A stretch of DNA of 32,000 nt, from contig DLOZ01000025.1 in NCBI GenBank assembly GCA_002479765.1, forward strand, positions 84,774 to 116,773, given 5' to 3'. This DNA comes from Sphingomonadales bacterium UBA7471. GTDB taxonomy: Bacteria; Pseudomonadota; Alphaproteobacteria; Sphingomonadales; Sphingomonadaceae. Positions 15,055 to 23,111 of the stretch are shown here, piece after piece (positions within the stretch are counted from its first letter, which is position 1; every line of letters begins with the position of its first letter). Position numbers and translations under genes: made by a program. Under the pieces are notes generated by a model that did not search any database, was not told where the DNA came from, and saw nothing but the letters and a program-made list of their open reading frames with translations.

Positions 15055-15495
15055 ATGAGCACACTAGCCAAACTGAAGCTTGTAAGCAGCAAGCGAAATC
15101 GTACCGTTAGCCCTACAGTGCATCGTAGGAACAAGCTTTCTAGCAAGATTTACGAGCAAATTGAGGTGGTAAAAGCACTTAAAGAAGGCCGTATTTTCGC
15201 TCCAACCAAGCTTAAGACAGTCCGTAATGCAGAGACAGGTGAACGAAAAACCATAGAAACTGCCAAGCGTGTAAAGGAGTGGTTTTGGACCGCAGAGGGC
15301 GGAAAGATCAACCTTAGCATCCGTTATGGCAGCAAGGTTATTGAGCTCGCCAAGGGCAAGAACGCCATTGAGGTAGCAAACACTGATGAGCTGCTGACCA
15401 CACTGCAGCTGATCAAAGACGCTGTATTGGCAGGCGAGCTAGACGAAGCAATTACGAATGCAAGCGACAAGCTGCGCTCAGGCTTTGTGAAATGA
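15055..15495 (+). CDS. 146-aa hypothetical protein with a basic N-terminus
   Basis: A strong SD (AAAGGAGC) lies 4 nt before the ATG at 15055. The product MSTLAKLKLVSSKRNRTVSPTVHRRNKL...KRVKEWFWTAEGGKINLSIRYGSKVIELAKGKNAIEV looks like a conserved island-borne family that I cannot name with confidence. Confidence 0.6.
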   Translation: MSTLAKLKLVSSKRNRTVSPTVHRRNKLSSKIYEQIEVVKALKEGRIFAPTKLKTVRNAETGERKTIETAKRVKEWFWTAEGGKINLSIRYGSKVIELAKGKNAIEVANTDELLTTLQLIKDAVLAGELDEAITNASDKLRSGFVK

Positions 15496-15501
15496 CGCAC
15501 A

Positions 15502-15540
15502 AGGGGCTGTCTGAGTTGGGCAGCCCCTCGTTTCCTTTCT
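15502..15540 (+). terminator. Intrinsic terminator-like hairpin after the 146-aa gene
   Basis: AGGGGCTG (15502-15509) pairs with CAGCCCCT (15521-15528) and is followed by CGTTTCCTTTCT. Confidence 0.5.
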
Positions 15541-15566
15541 GAATAAATAAAAGAAAAGGAGACGTC

Positions 15567-15917
15567 ATGCGCTACATGGAATTCGCTGATGCAGAAGCAC
15601 AGCTTGGACTACTTCGCACCATCATCGACAACACGTGGGCGGCTATAGCGAAGCAAGCTGAAGATCAGAAAAAGGCAGAAGCACTGCGAGCAGCGCAAGA
15701 AAAGGCTAAACCTAGACAGAAGCGGCCTAGTGTTGCAGCGCCTATCAAGCCACTGCCGCCACAAAAGCCTATCGCGCCATTGAAGCCTAAACGGCCCAAA
15801 GCACAGACTGATGCAGCACCTACAAAGGCGGAACTTCTGCAGCCACAGCGACCTATTCCACCAAAGAAGCCAATTGGTGTGAATAATCGTGCGAAAGATT
15901 CACGGTCTAGCGCCTGA
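15567..15917 (+). CDS. 116-aa protein with a helical N-terminus and a proline/lysine-rich tail
   Basis: The SD AAAGGAG lies 5 nt before the ATG. The tail reads PIKPLPPQKPIAPLKPKRPKA...PQRPIPPKKPIG. No TM segment is apparent. Confidence 0.6.
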   Translation: MRYMEFADAEAQLGLLRTIIDNTWAAIAKQAEDQKKAEALRAAQEKAKPRQKRPSVAAPIKPLPPQKPIAPLKPKRPKAQTDAAPTKAELLQPQRPIPPKKPIGVNNRAKDSRSSA

Positions 15918-16059
15918 CCCTACACATTATTCGTGGTTGACGGAGTTGCCGAGAGGCATAGTCCGAAAGGGGTCTTGTGCCCAATTTTTCTGAGCCGCGA
16001 TTTTTCTATGTGGAGTACTTACAGATTTGGGGTGGTGATTTTTACTCACCCCATCAGCC

Positions 16060-16551
16060 TCATTGCTTGAAGTACTTCAATATCTCCACAATGTTGTTGG
16101 CAATCGAGGATGTTTGGTGATCTTTTGAAGAAACTACCTCGGACAGGACCTGCTGATAGCGAACAACATCAACTCCGCAAGCACGCATGATCTCAAGCTC
16201 TCGCTCATCCTTTAGTACAGCACAGACGAGAATGTATTTCCATACAACATTTGGCAGGATGCTATTGCGCTTGTCGACCTTGCGCTGACTTGTGAATTTT
16301 TTGGCCACCCATTGTTCAACGCCTTCACGAAGCTCATCATCGGTTCGGCGTCGTGCGTTGGTATCACCTCCAATGTAACCCACAGGCCTAAAGCTCACTT
16401 GCACTTCTACGTGCCAACACTCAATGGAGTTATCTGCGTACTTAATCGCCAAAAGGTCAATTTCATCAACGCCACACTTGACGCCGCGCATTGTGAAAAA
16501 GCCGCGTTGGTTTAGCCAATGCTCAACAATCTCTTCATCTAAAACAGCCAC
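16060..16551 (-). CDS. 163-aa PD-(D/E)xK-like (YraN/NucS-style) putative nuclease
   Basis: The helix EEIVEHWLNQRGF is followed by GVDEIDLLAIK (D) and CWHVEVQVS (E-x-Q in the E-x-K position). The GTG start lies 14 nt after the integrase stop, preceded by AAGGGA. Confidence 0.45.
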   Translation of the reverse strand: MAVLDEEIVEHWLNQRGFFTMRGVKCGVDEIDLLAIKYADNSIECWHVEVQVSFRPVGYIGGDTNARRRTDDELREGVEQWVAKKFTSQRKVDKRNSILPNVVWKYILVCAVLKDERELEIMRACGVDVVRYQQVLSEVVSSKDHQTSSIANNIVEILKYFKQ

Positions 16552-16565
16552 GTCTATCCCTTTCT

Positions 16566-17855
16566 CTATTTAGGAACTAAAAGGCCGTCTCTGTATTCAA
16601 ACTGCGGCAAGGCATTGGTGATCATCTTTGCTTCGGTGGTATGGTAATAGGTGCGCTCTATCTGCGCTGTGCTTGTGCCGCAAGTTTCAGCGACTTGTGT
16701 GGGCGTTGCACCTCTATTGATGCGATCCGTAATGAAATAGTGTCGGAAGCTGTAGGGCACGAGATCGCGACTATCAGTATCCTTGATCTCTGCAAGCTCA
16801 ATTATCTTGTCGAAATTGTATTGAATAGCTCTTGCAGTAATCGGCGTCGTCCCATTAGTGCTAAAGATTAGTGTCTCACCAAAGGATAATGCCTTTTTGT
16901 TTTCCTTATTCACTCTCACATAGCGAGCATTGAGTAGCTTGAACAATTCTTCAAAATACTCCCAATCCTTGACCACAAAGCGTCGTGTCTTTCTGACCTT
17001 TGTCGTCTCAGCTCGCACTGTGATTTTGACGAGGCTGTAAACCTCATCTTCGTCATGCCCCTTAACGTTTTGCTCCATCCATTCGATATCACGCCAACGC
17101 AACTGCAGCTGCTCGCCTCTGCGCAGGCCTGTAATGATGGATATCAGCAGATAGTAGGCCGTAACGATCTTGGTCAAATTGCCGTCTTCATCAATCGCTT
17201 TTCTTGCGGTTGAAATGTAATCTTCTAGCTTGGTTTTGATCGAGACGATTTCTTGATCGGTGAACGTACTACGGCGCAGCGCCTCGTCGCCCCTATCGAT
17301 CCGCTTGAGTGGTTTGAAGTCGAACGCTTCAATATAGGTCTCATTGCGCTTGTAGAGCCAAGCGATCATTGCATTGATCGTGCTCTGCTCATTTGCAACG
17401 GTAGTTTGACTGACGTTGATGTTCTTCTTTGTTTTGGTACGACTATGCAGATAGTTTTCACAATCCGTGCGTTCCATTTCCTTGAGCTTGGTATCGCGTC
17501 CGATGTAGTTCAGCCAATGCTCTAGGTGAGTTTTTATCGTTCCATAGCGACCTTTGACGATCAATTCGGCCTCTACGTCCTTCTCTCTCTGCTTTAGGTA
17601 TTCCTCTACGCCTTGCTTAGTGGTCTTGGAAAAGTAGGTCTTGCCTGCGTACTGCTGCGCCATAAGCTCGTGATAGTGCTTTTTGGCCTTGTCGATTGCT
17701 GTGTCCCTATTTCTCGTGCGCAGACTGAAACGTGCGTACTTCTTTTCCTTAGTGAGCCACATACGCATCTGCCAATAGTCGCCTCTCCGATAGACGACTG
17801 CTTCGTCAAAGATCGGAATTTCATCGTCTGCGTATGACTGTTTCTTGAGGGGCAT
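16566..17855 (-). CDS. int: Tyrosine-type site-specific integrase of the island
   Basis: R in GLRRGEQLQLRWRDI, YSFRHYFIT (xxxR-H), and a catalytic Y in AQIERTYYH. A SAM-like N-terminal domain is present. The start is uncertain: ATG at 17855, or TTG at 17927 as in the ORF track. Confidence 0.85.
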   Translation of the reverse strand: MPLKKQSYADDEIPIFDEAVVYRRGDYWQMRMWLTKEKKYARFSLRTRNRDTAIDKAKKHYHELMAQQYAGKTYFSKTTKQGVEEYLKQREKDVEAELIVKGRYGTIKTHLEHWLNYIGRDTKLKEMERTDCENYLHSRTKTKKNINVSQTTVANEQSTINAMIAWLYKRNETYIEAFDFKPLKRIDRGDEALRRSTFTDQEIVSIKTKLEDYISTARKAIDEDGNLTKIVTAYYLLISIITGLRRGEQLQLRWRDIEWMEQNVKGHDEDEVYSLVKITVRAETTKVRKTRRFVVKDWEYFEELFKLLNARYVRVNKENKKALSFGETLIFSTNGTTPITARAIQYNFDKIIELAEIKDTDSRDLVPYSFRHYFITDRINRGATPTQVAETCGTSTAQIERTYYHTTEAKMITNALPQFEYRDGLLVPK

Positions 17856-17927
17856 GTGAGGCTTAGGGTCACTACGTTTTTGAGCAGCTACAGCAGTGTG
17901 TAGCTTTACGTGTAACTTTAAAGCCAA

Positions 17928-17958
17928 CGCCCAACTAAATCAACGACTTAGTTGGGCG
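17928..17958. repeat. 10-bp inverted repeat CGCCCAACTA/TAGTTGGGCG enclosing a motif A copy, directly upstream of int
   Basis: The stems lie at 17928-17937 and 17949-17958. The intervening sequence plus the edges of both stems spell AAATCAACGACTTA (17937-17950). Confidence 0.6.
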
Positions 17959-17975
17959 TGTGTCACTTTTGTGCA
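17958..17975 (+). repeat. Candidate arm-type site, motif B (GTGTGTCACTTTTGTGCA)
   Basis: 16 of 18 nt match the copy at 5407-5424. Confidence 0.5.
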
Positions 17976-17991
17976 ACTCAATTATCGTTTA

Positions 17992-18005
17992 AAATCAACG
18001 ACTTA
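17992..18005 (+). repeat. Candidate arm-type site, motif A (AAATCAACGACTTA)
   Basis: Identical to the copy at 17937-17950. It lies 12 nt from the guaA-proximal core. Confidence 0.5.
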
Positions 18006-18016
18006 CGTGAGAATTT

Positions 18017-19591
18017 CTACTCCCACTCAATGGTTCCCGGTGGCTTTGATGTATAATCATAAACCACGCGGTTAATGCCTTTGACTTCGTTGATGATGCG
18101 GGTCGACACGCGGCTGAGGAAGGCGCTGTCGAATGGGTAGATGTCGGCGGTCATGCCGTCGGTCGACGTCACTGCGCGCAAGGCGCAGACATTGTCATAG
18201 GTGCGGCCATCGCCCATCACGCCGACGGTGCGCACGGGCAGCAGCACAGCAAAGGCCTGCCAAATCGCGTCATATAGGCCGGCGTTACGGATTTCTTCGA
18301 GATAGACCGCGTCCGCCTTGCGCAAGACGTCGCACCGTTCCTTGGTCACTTCGCCGGGAATGCGGATGGCGAGGCCGGGGCCGGGGAAGGGGTGGCGGCC
18401 GACAAATTGGTCATTCAGGCCCAGTTCGCGGCCCAAGGCGCGCACTTCATCCTTGAACAGTTCGCGCAAGGGTTCGACCAATTGCATGTTCATCCGTGCG
18501 GGCAGGCCGCCGACATTATGGTGGCTTTTGATCGTGACCGAAGGCCCGCCGGTGAAGCTGACGCTTTCGATCACGTCGGGGTAGAGCGTGCCTTGCGCCA
18601 AGAAATCAGCGCCGCCGATTTTCTTGGCTTCTTCTTCAAACACGTTGATGAATTCGCCGCCGATAAATTTGCGTTTCTTTTCGGGGTCAGTGACGCCCGC
18701 GAGGCCCGCCATGAAGCGTTTTTCGGCGTCCACCACGACGAGCGGGATATTATAATGGTCGCGGAACAAGGTTTCGACCTGTTCGCGTTCATTCATACGC
18801 AGCAAGCCGTGGTCGACAAAGACGCAGGTGAGCTGCGCGCCGATCGCTTCGTGAATGAGGATCGCGGCAACCGAGCTATCGACGCCGCCCGAAAGCCCGC
18901 AAATGACGCGGCCTGACCCGACTTGCGCGCGGATTTCGGCAATTTTGGTCGCGCGGAATTCCGCCATCGTCCAATCGCCGGCAAGGCCGCAGATTTTGTG
19001 CACGAAGTTGGAGATTAATTTCGCGCCATCGGGGGTGTGCACCACTTCGGGGTGGAACTGGATGCCATAATATTGCCGCGCTTCGTCGGCGATGAAAGCA
19101 AAGGGCGCGCCGTCGCTGGTGGCGACAACTTCAAAGCCGGGGGCAAGGCTGGTGACCTTGTCGCCATGGCTCATCCACACCTGATGCTTGTCGCCGGTCG
19201 CCCACAATCCGTCAAACAGTGCGCAGGGTTTTTCAACCTCAATAAAGGCACGGCCAAATTCGCCGCCGTCGCCTTCGCTGACATGGCCGCCCAGCTGCAT
19301 CATCATGGTTTGTTGGCCATAGCAGATGCCAAGGATAGGCAGCCCGCTGTCGAAAACACATTGCGGCGCGCGCGGCGAATCGGCTTTGGTCGTCGATGCG
19401 GGGCCACCCGACAAGATGATGCCCTTTGGCTTCATACGTGCAAATGCGGCTTCGGCGGAATTGAATGGCGCGATTTCCGAATAAACCCCGGCCTCGCGCA
19501 CGCGGCGCGCAATCAATTGAGTCACTTGTGACCCGAAATCGATGATCAGGATGGAATCGGAGGGGTGGGCGTGTGTTTTGGATTCAGGCAT
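18017..19591 (-). CDS. guaA: GMP synthase (glutamine-hydrolysing)
   Basis: The 524-aa product has the GATase motif ILGICYGQQ, the ATP-PPase P-loop SGGVDSSV and the C-terminal GTIEWE. Confidence 0.97.
   Translation of the reverse strand: MPESKTHAHPSDSILIIDFGSQVTQLIARRVREAGVYSEIAPFNSAEAAFARMKPKGIILSGGPASTTKADSPRAPQCVFDSGLPILGICYGQQTMMMQLGGHVSEGDGGEFGRAFIEVEKPCALFDGLWATGDKHQVWMSHGDKVTSLAPGFEVVATSDGAPFAFIADEARQYYGIQFHPEVVHTPDGAKLISNFVHKICGLAGDWTMAEFRATKIAEIRAQVGSGRVICGLSGGVDSSVAAILIHEAIGAQLTCVFVDHGLLRMNEREQVETLFRDHYNIPLVVVDAEKRFMAGLAGVTDPEKKRKFIGGEFINVFEEEAKKIGGADFLAQGTLYPDVIESVSFTGGPSVTIKSHHNVGGLPARMNMQLVEPLRELFKDEVRALGRELGLNDQFVGRHPFPGPGLAIRIPGEVTKERCDVLRKADAVYLEEIRNAGLYDAIWQAFAVLLPVRTVGVMGDGRTYDNVCALRAVTSTDGMTADIYPFDSAFLSRVSTRIINEVKGINRVVYDYTSKPPGTIEWE
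18018..18031. repeat. guaA-proximal att core (last codons of functional guaA)
   Basis: TACTCCCACTCAAT; the minus strand reads ATT GAG TGG GAG TAG with the stop completed at 18017. It is the partner of 5339-5352. Confidence 0.75.
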
Positions 19592-19633
19592 GGCCAGCCG
19601 ATAGTGATTGCCGCCGCCGCTGTCCAGTTACCC

Positions 19634-19675
19634 CTTTGCCTTTGGACTTTGGACTTTGGACTTTGCCCTTTGCCC
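19634..19675. repeat. Heptad microsatellite CTTTGSM (about 6 units)
   Basis: CTTTGCC-TTTGGA-CTTTGGA-CTTTGGA-CTTTGCC-CTTTGCC, located in the divergent guaA/tetR intergenic region. Confidence 0.8.
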
Positions 19676-19687
19676 TGACCTGTTTCG

Positions 19688-20230
19688 GTGCGCTATAGCG
19701 TCGGCGTGATAAAACCAGACACCAAACGCGCCGATATCATCGAGCGATTGACCGCTTATGTCCTTGCGCAAGGGCTTTCGGCGTCGAGCCTGCGTCCGTT
19801 GGCCAAGGCGGCGGGCACCAGCGACCGGATGCTGCTATATTATTTCAAGGACAAATCCGAGATTATCACTGCGGTGTTGGAACAGATTTCGGCGCAGCTG
19901 GTGGAGATGATCAGTACGCACAGCGCCGCAGAACCATTGCCGGTGGATGCGCTGCGCCGCAAATTGGCGGGCATTGTCTTTGAAGACGCGCTGTGGCCCT
20001 ATATGCGGATCTGGCTTGATGTCGCGGCACGCGCGGCGATGGGTGACCCGTTTTACCGCGCGGTGGGCGAACAGATTGGCCGCGGATTTCTCGAATGGGG
20101 CAAGGCGCAGCTGCAGTCCGAGAGCGAAGCGCAGCGCGACATTGATGCCGCGCAGCTTTTGGTCAGCATCGAAGGGATGCTGTTCCTGAAAAGCATTGGC
20201 CTTGACGATATAAACGCCAAGGCCGTTTAG
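19688..20230 (+). CDS. TetR/AcrR-family transcriptional regulator
   Basis: The HTH reads LRPLAKAAGTSDRMLLYYFKDKSEI. The gene has a GTG start. Confidence 0.85.
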   Translation: MRYSVGVIKPDTKRADIIERLTAYVLAQGLSASSLRPLAKAAGTSDRMLLYYFKDKSEIITAVLEQISAQLVEMISTHSAAEPLPVDALRRKLAGIVFEDALWPYMRIWLDVAARAAMGDPFYRAVGEQIGRGFLEWGKAQLQSESEAQRDIDAAQLLVSIEGMLFLKSIGLDDINAKAV

Positions 20231-20577
20231 CGCGTGCGTGCGGCCCGCGTTGGTCCAAGCAACATAGCGGCAACGTCACCCTTGGTGCGATAGCTGTGCA
20301 CGAGCAGATAGGCGGCCAAAAATGGTGCGCCAAGGTTAAAGGCCGCAAATCCGAGAACGAGCCCGGCCACGGTAAATTCGTGACGCCATGCGACCCAGAA
20401 TCCGGAAAAGATTAGAAAGAATAAAAAGTCGAGATTGAACTGCCCGGGCCACGCCATCTCCGCAATGTCACCGAAAAATATCGGATAGAGCCCCATGCCA
20501 TGGTTGGCGATGGTGACGCTGGTATAGGCGCCGACAATGGCAATGACGGCAACGAGGAAAAGGCGAAACAAGGTCAT
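20227..20577 (-). CDS. Small integral membrane protein, function unknown
   Basis: The 116-aa product has about 4 hydrophobic helices. It overlaps the tetR stop by 4 nt, in convergent orientation. Confidence 0.55.
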   Translation of the reverse strand: MTLFRLFLVAVIAIVGAYTSVTIANHGMGLYPIFFGDIAEMAWPGQFNLDFLFFLIFSGFWVAWRHEFTVAGLVLGFAAFNLGAPFLAAYLLVHSYRTKGDVAAMLLGPTRAARTR

Positions 20578-20612
20578 GACACACTCCCCATAAATAGAGG
20601 GAGTCTGATACC

Positions 20613-20632
20613 AAAATGTAGCGACTGCTACA
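20613..20632 (-). terminator. Weak intrinsic terminator after xthA
   Basis: The minus strand reads TGTAGC-agtc-GCTACA followed by TTTTGG. Confidence 0.35.
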
Positions 20633-20641
20633 ATATCTATT

Positions 20642-21415
20642 TTAGTCGGTCAGTTCGACCCATGTCGGCGCGTGATCGCTGGCTTTTTCACGGCCGCGAT
20701 ATTCCTTATCCACGCCGCAGGATGCCAAGCGGTCGGCGACAACGGGGCTGAGCAACAGATGGTCGATGCGAAAGCCATGGTCGCGTTGCCATGCGCCGGC
20801 CTGAAAATCCCAATATGTCCAAATGCCGCCTTGCGGATAATGCGTCGCCAGCGCGTCGGTCCAGCCTTGGCCCAAAAGCGCGCGATAGGCGGCGATGCTT
20901 TCGGGTTGGCGCAAGGCATCGTCCAACATCGCGGCTGGCGCCCAGATATCGTGCGTGTGCGGAATGACATTATAGTCGCCCGCCAGCACGGCGGGAATCT
21001 CCGCCGCCAATAATTCGGCGGCGCGGTCGTACAAGCGTTTCATCCACGCAAGCTTATAGTCGAATTTCGGCCCCGGCAGCGGGTTGCCATTGGGCAGATA
21101 AATGCTCGCAACGCGTATGCCGAAAACATCGGCCTCCAAATAGCGGGCATGTTCGTCTTCGGGGTCGCCGGGCAAGGTGCGGTGCGCTTCGACAGGCTGC
21201 GTGCCCTTGGCAAGGATGGCAACGCCGTTGAAGGATTTCTGCCCGTGCCAGATCGCGCCATAGCCCGCGCGTTCAAATTCTTCGACCGGAAAGCCTTCGT
21301 CCTGCGACTTGACCTCTTGCAGGCAGGCAATGTCGGGTTGGGTTTCTTCCAGCCATTCGAGCAGGCGGGGGAGGCGCGCTTTGACGCCGTTGATATTGTA
21401 AGTCGCGATACGCAT
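20642..21415 (-). CDS. xthA: Exodeoxyribonuclease III
   Basis: MRIATYNINGVKARLPRLLEWLEETQPDIACLQEVK and a C-terminal SDHAP motif. Confidence 0.93.
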   Translation of the reverse strand: MRIATYNINGVKARLPRLLEWLEETQPDIACLQEVKSQDEGFPVEEFERAGYGAIWHGQKSFNGVAILAKGTQPVEAHRTLPGDPEDEHARYLEADVFGIRVASIYLPNGNPLPGPKFDYKLAWMKRLYDRAAELLAAEIPAVLAGDYNVIPHTHDIWAPAAMLDDALRQPESIAAYRALLGQGWTDALATHYPQGGIWTYWDFQAGAWQRDHGFRIDHLLLSPVVADRLASCGVDKEYRGREKASDHAPTWVELTD

Positions 21416-21447
21416 GCCCGCGACCCTAGCCGCGCAGGACTATTGCA

Positions 21448-21801
21448 TCAAACCGAAAAGCTGGAGCCGCAGCCACAACCGGCCTGCGCTTGTGGATTGG
21501 TCACCTTGAAGCTTTTGCCGCCAAGCGATTCGACGAAATCCACCGCAGAGCCGCGCACCAGATCAAGGCTGACGGGATCGACGACCAAAGACGCGCCTTC
21601 GCCTTGTGCGGTGATGTCATCCGCCTCAACGCTGTCGGCGAGGCCGAAACGATATTGAAAGCCCGAACAGCCCCCACCTTCCACCGACAACCGCAGCACC
21701 GGATCTTTTCCAAGCTTGGTTGCAATCTCGGCCACGCGGCGCGCGGCATTGGCGGTCATGGAGATGACTTCAGTTTCGCTCATATCGGATATGTAGGCCA
21801 T
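21448..21801 (-). CDS. erpA: Iron-sulfur cluster insertion protein (HesB/IscA family)
   Basis: LRLSVEGGGCSGFQY and a C-terminal GCGCGSSF motif. The start may instead be an internal methionine, at 21783 or 21759. Confidence 0.85.
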   Translation of the reverse strand: MAYISDMSETEVISMTANAARRVAEIATKLGKDPVLRLSVEGGGCSGFQYRFGLADSVEADDITAQGEGASLVVDPVSLDLVRGSAVDFVESLGGKSFKVTNPQAQAGCGCGSSFSV

Positions 21802-21810
21802 GCAGCAGTT

Positions 21811-21847
21811 AAAGAAAAGGGGCGGCGCAGTATTCCGCGCCAGCCCC
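21811..21847 (-). terminator. Intrinsic terminator after the M23 peptidase gene
   Basis: The minus strand reads GGGGCtGGCGC-ggaatact-GCGCCGCCCC followed by TTTTCTTT. Confidence 0.6.
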
Positions 21848-21892
21848 CAAGATTACACCCTCTCCCAAAGGTGATGCGTTTGGCCTGCCTGC

Positions 21893-22624
21893 TTACTCGT
21901 CTTCAGCAGGGCCGCCGATGGCAGTGCTATCAATAGTTTTTGCAGCAAGCAAGATCTTTGCGTTGCTTGGGTCAGATTTCACAGGCGACAGAAATGCGGT
22001 TGGGTTGATCGCTTCACCGGCAATGCGGACTTCATAGTGCAGGTGGCTTCCGGTCGAGCGGCCAGTTGAGCCCATATAGCCCAGAATGTCGCCCTTGCGG
22101 ATGCGCTGACCTGGTGCAACATTCAACGCCGACAAATGGCCGTAACGTGTCTGCACCGCGTTGCCATGGTTGATTTCGACCAATTTGCCGTAACCGCCAA
22201 CCCATTCCGCGCGGCCGATGAAGCCATCTGCTGTTGCGTAAATTGGTGTGCCGATGGCACCGGGAATATCGATGCCCTTGTGATTGCGGCTGGCGCCACG
22301 CGTCGGTGCGTTGCGATATCCATAGCCGCTGGAGAATTTCATGATGTCTACGGGGTTGATCGATGGAACCGCAACTTCAACCTTGATAGGGGTGCCGTTG
22401 ATGCGGCCCCAGCTGTCGTTCAACGCGCGAAATTCAGGATCCGACACGCCAAGCGCGCTTTGGCTCGCGCGCAAATCTTCGGGTGAAATACGGAACGTGT
22501 CCGATGAGGCGGCGGCTGCGTTGGCGAATGATGGTGTTGCTGCTGTGAAAGCGGCGACCATTACCAAAGCAGATACAGCTTTAAGGATCAGTGATTGGCA
22601 ATGTGCCAAAGCGCTGGATACCAT
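21893..22624 (-). CDS. M23-family metallopeptidase (secreted)
   Basis: A signal-like N-terminus is present, with HKGIDI and GSTGRSTGSHLHYEV motifs. Confidence 0.9.
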   Translation of the reverse strand: MVSSALAHCQSLILKAVSALVMVAAFTAATPSFANAAAASSDTFRISPEDLRASQSALGVSDPEFRALNDSWGRINGTPIKVEVAVPSINPVDIMKFSSGYGYRNAPTRGASRNHKGIDIPGAIGTPIYATADGFIGRAEWVGGYGKLVEINHGNAVQTRYGHLSALNVAPGQRIRKGDILGYMGSTGRSTGSHLHYEVRIAGEAINPTAFLSPVKSDPSNAKILLAAKTIDSTAIGGPAEDE

Positions 22625-22982
22625 ATTGTGTACTACCTTATCATGCGACCCGCGCTTTTACGCAGTTCCGACGTTTGACCGTGACAGAGGATCTGCCCAC
22701 CACTTGTGAAAAGGGTGGTGTCCGATGGCTCAAAGGAATGCAACATGCCTGTCATAAACGCGGGACAAACCGCCGCTCAAACGCGTTGAGTCGTTGAATG
22801 GAGCGTTCAACGGTTCACTAAAGTGGCGGTTTGCCGACAATTTCCAATGCGGCGGAGGTGCTATTTGCAGCTCGGTTCAACCCGTCGCAAATGCATTTGT
22901 TCCCAGCAAGACGCACGAAATTTCGCCGTAAAAGAAGCGATGGAACGTCCGACCGGTCGGCGAATCGGTTGGCGCTCCAACT

Positions 22983-23063
22983 CCCGTCACCCTGAACTTG
23001 GTTCAGGGTCTCAATTATCAACGTTGAAAAAGTAAGATGCTGAAACAAGTTCAGCATGACGGA
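22983..23063. repeat. REP/MITE-like element, family 1, second locus
   Basis: CCGTCACCCTGAACTTGGTTCAGGGT at 22984-23009 is paired with the inverted unit ATGCTGAAACAAGTTCAGCATGACGG at 23037-23062. The second unit carries paired substitutions that keep its own hairpin. Confidence 0.7.
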
Positions 23064-23111
23064 TGTGAGAGAACGACGTCCGTTGGTCGCACGCTACCCG
23101 CTTCAAAAATA

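Larger units (their letters stand above)
5353..18016. mobile_element. Integrated genomic island (about 12.7 kb) in the guaA 3-prime end, carrying type I R-M and uncharacterised cargo
   Basis: Composition and codon usage shift abruptly at both borders. The island is bounded by duplicated guaA terminal sequence. An integrase gene lies at the guaA-proximal end, and repeated motifs occur at both ends. Confidence 0.8.

Noticed and set aside
17928-18016. tRNA or tmRNA gene as the integration target
   Set aside because: No cloverleaf-compatible sequence is present. The duplicated core is the guaA coding terminus instead.
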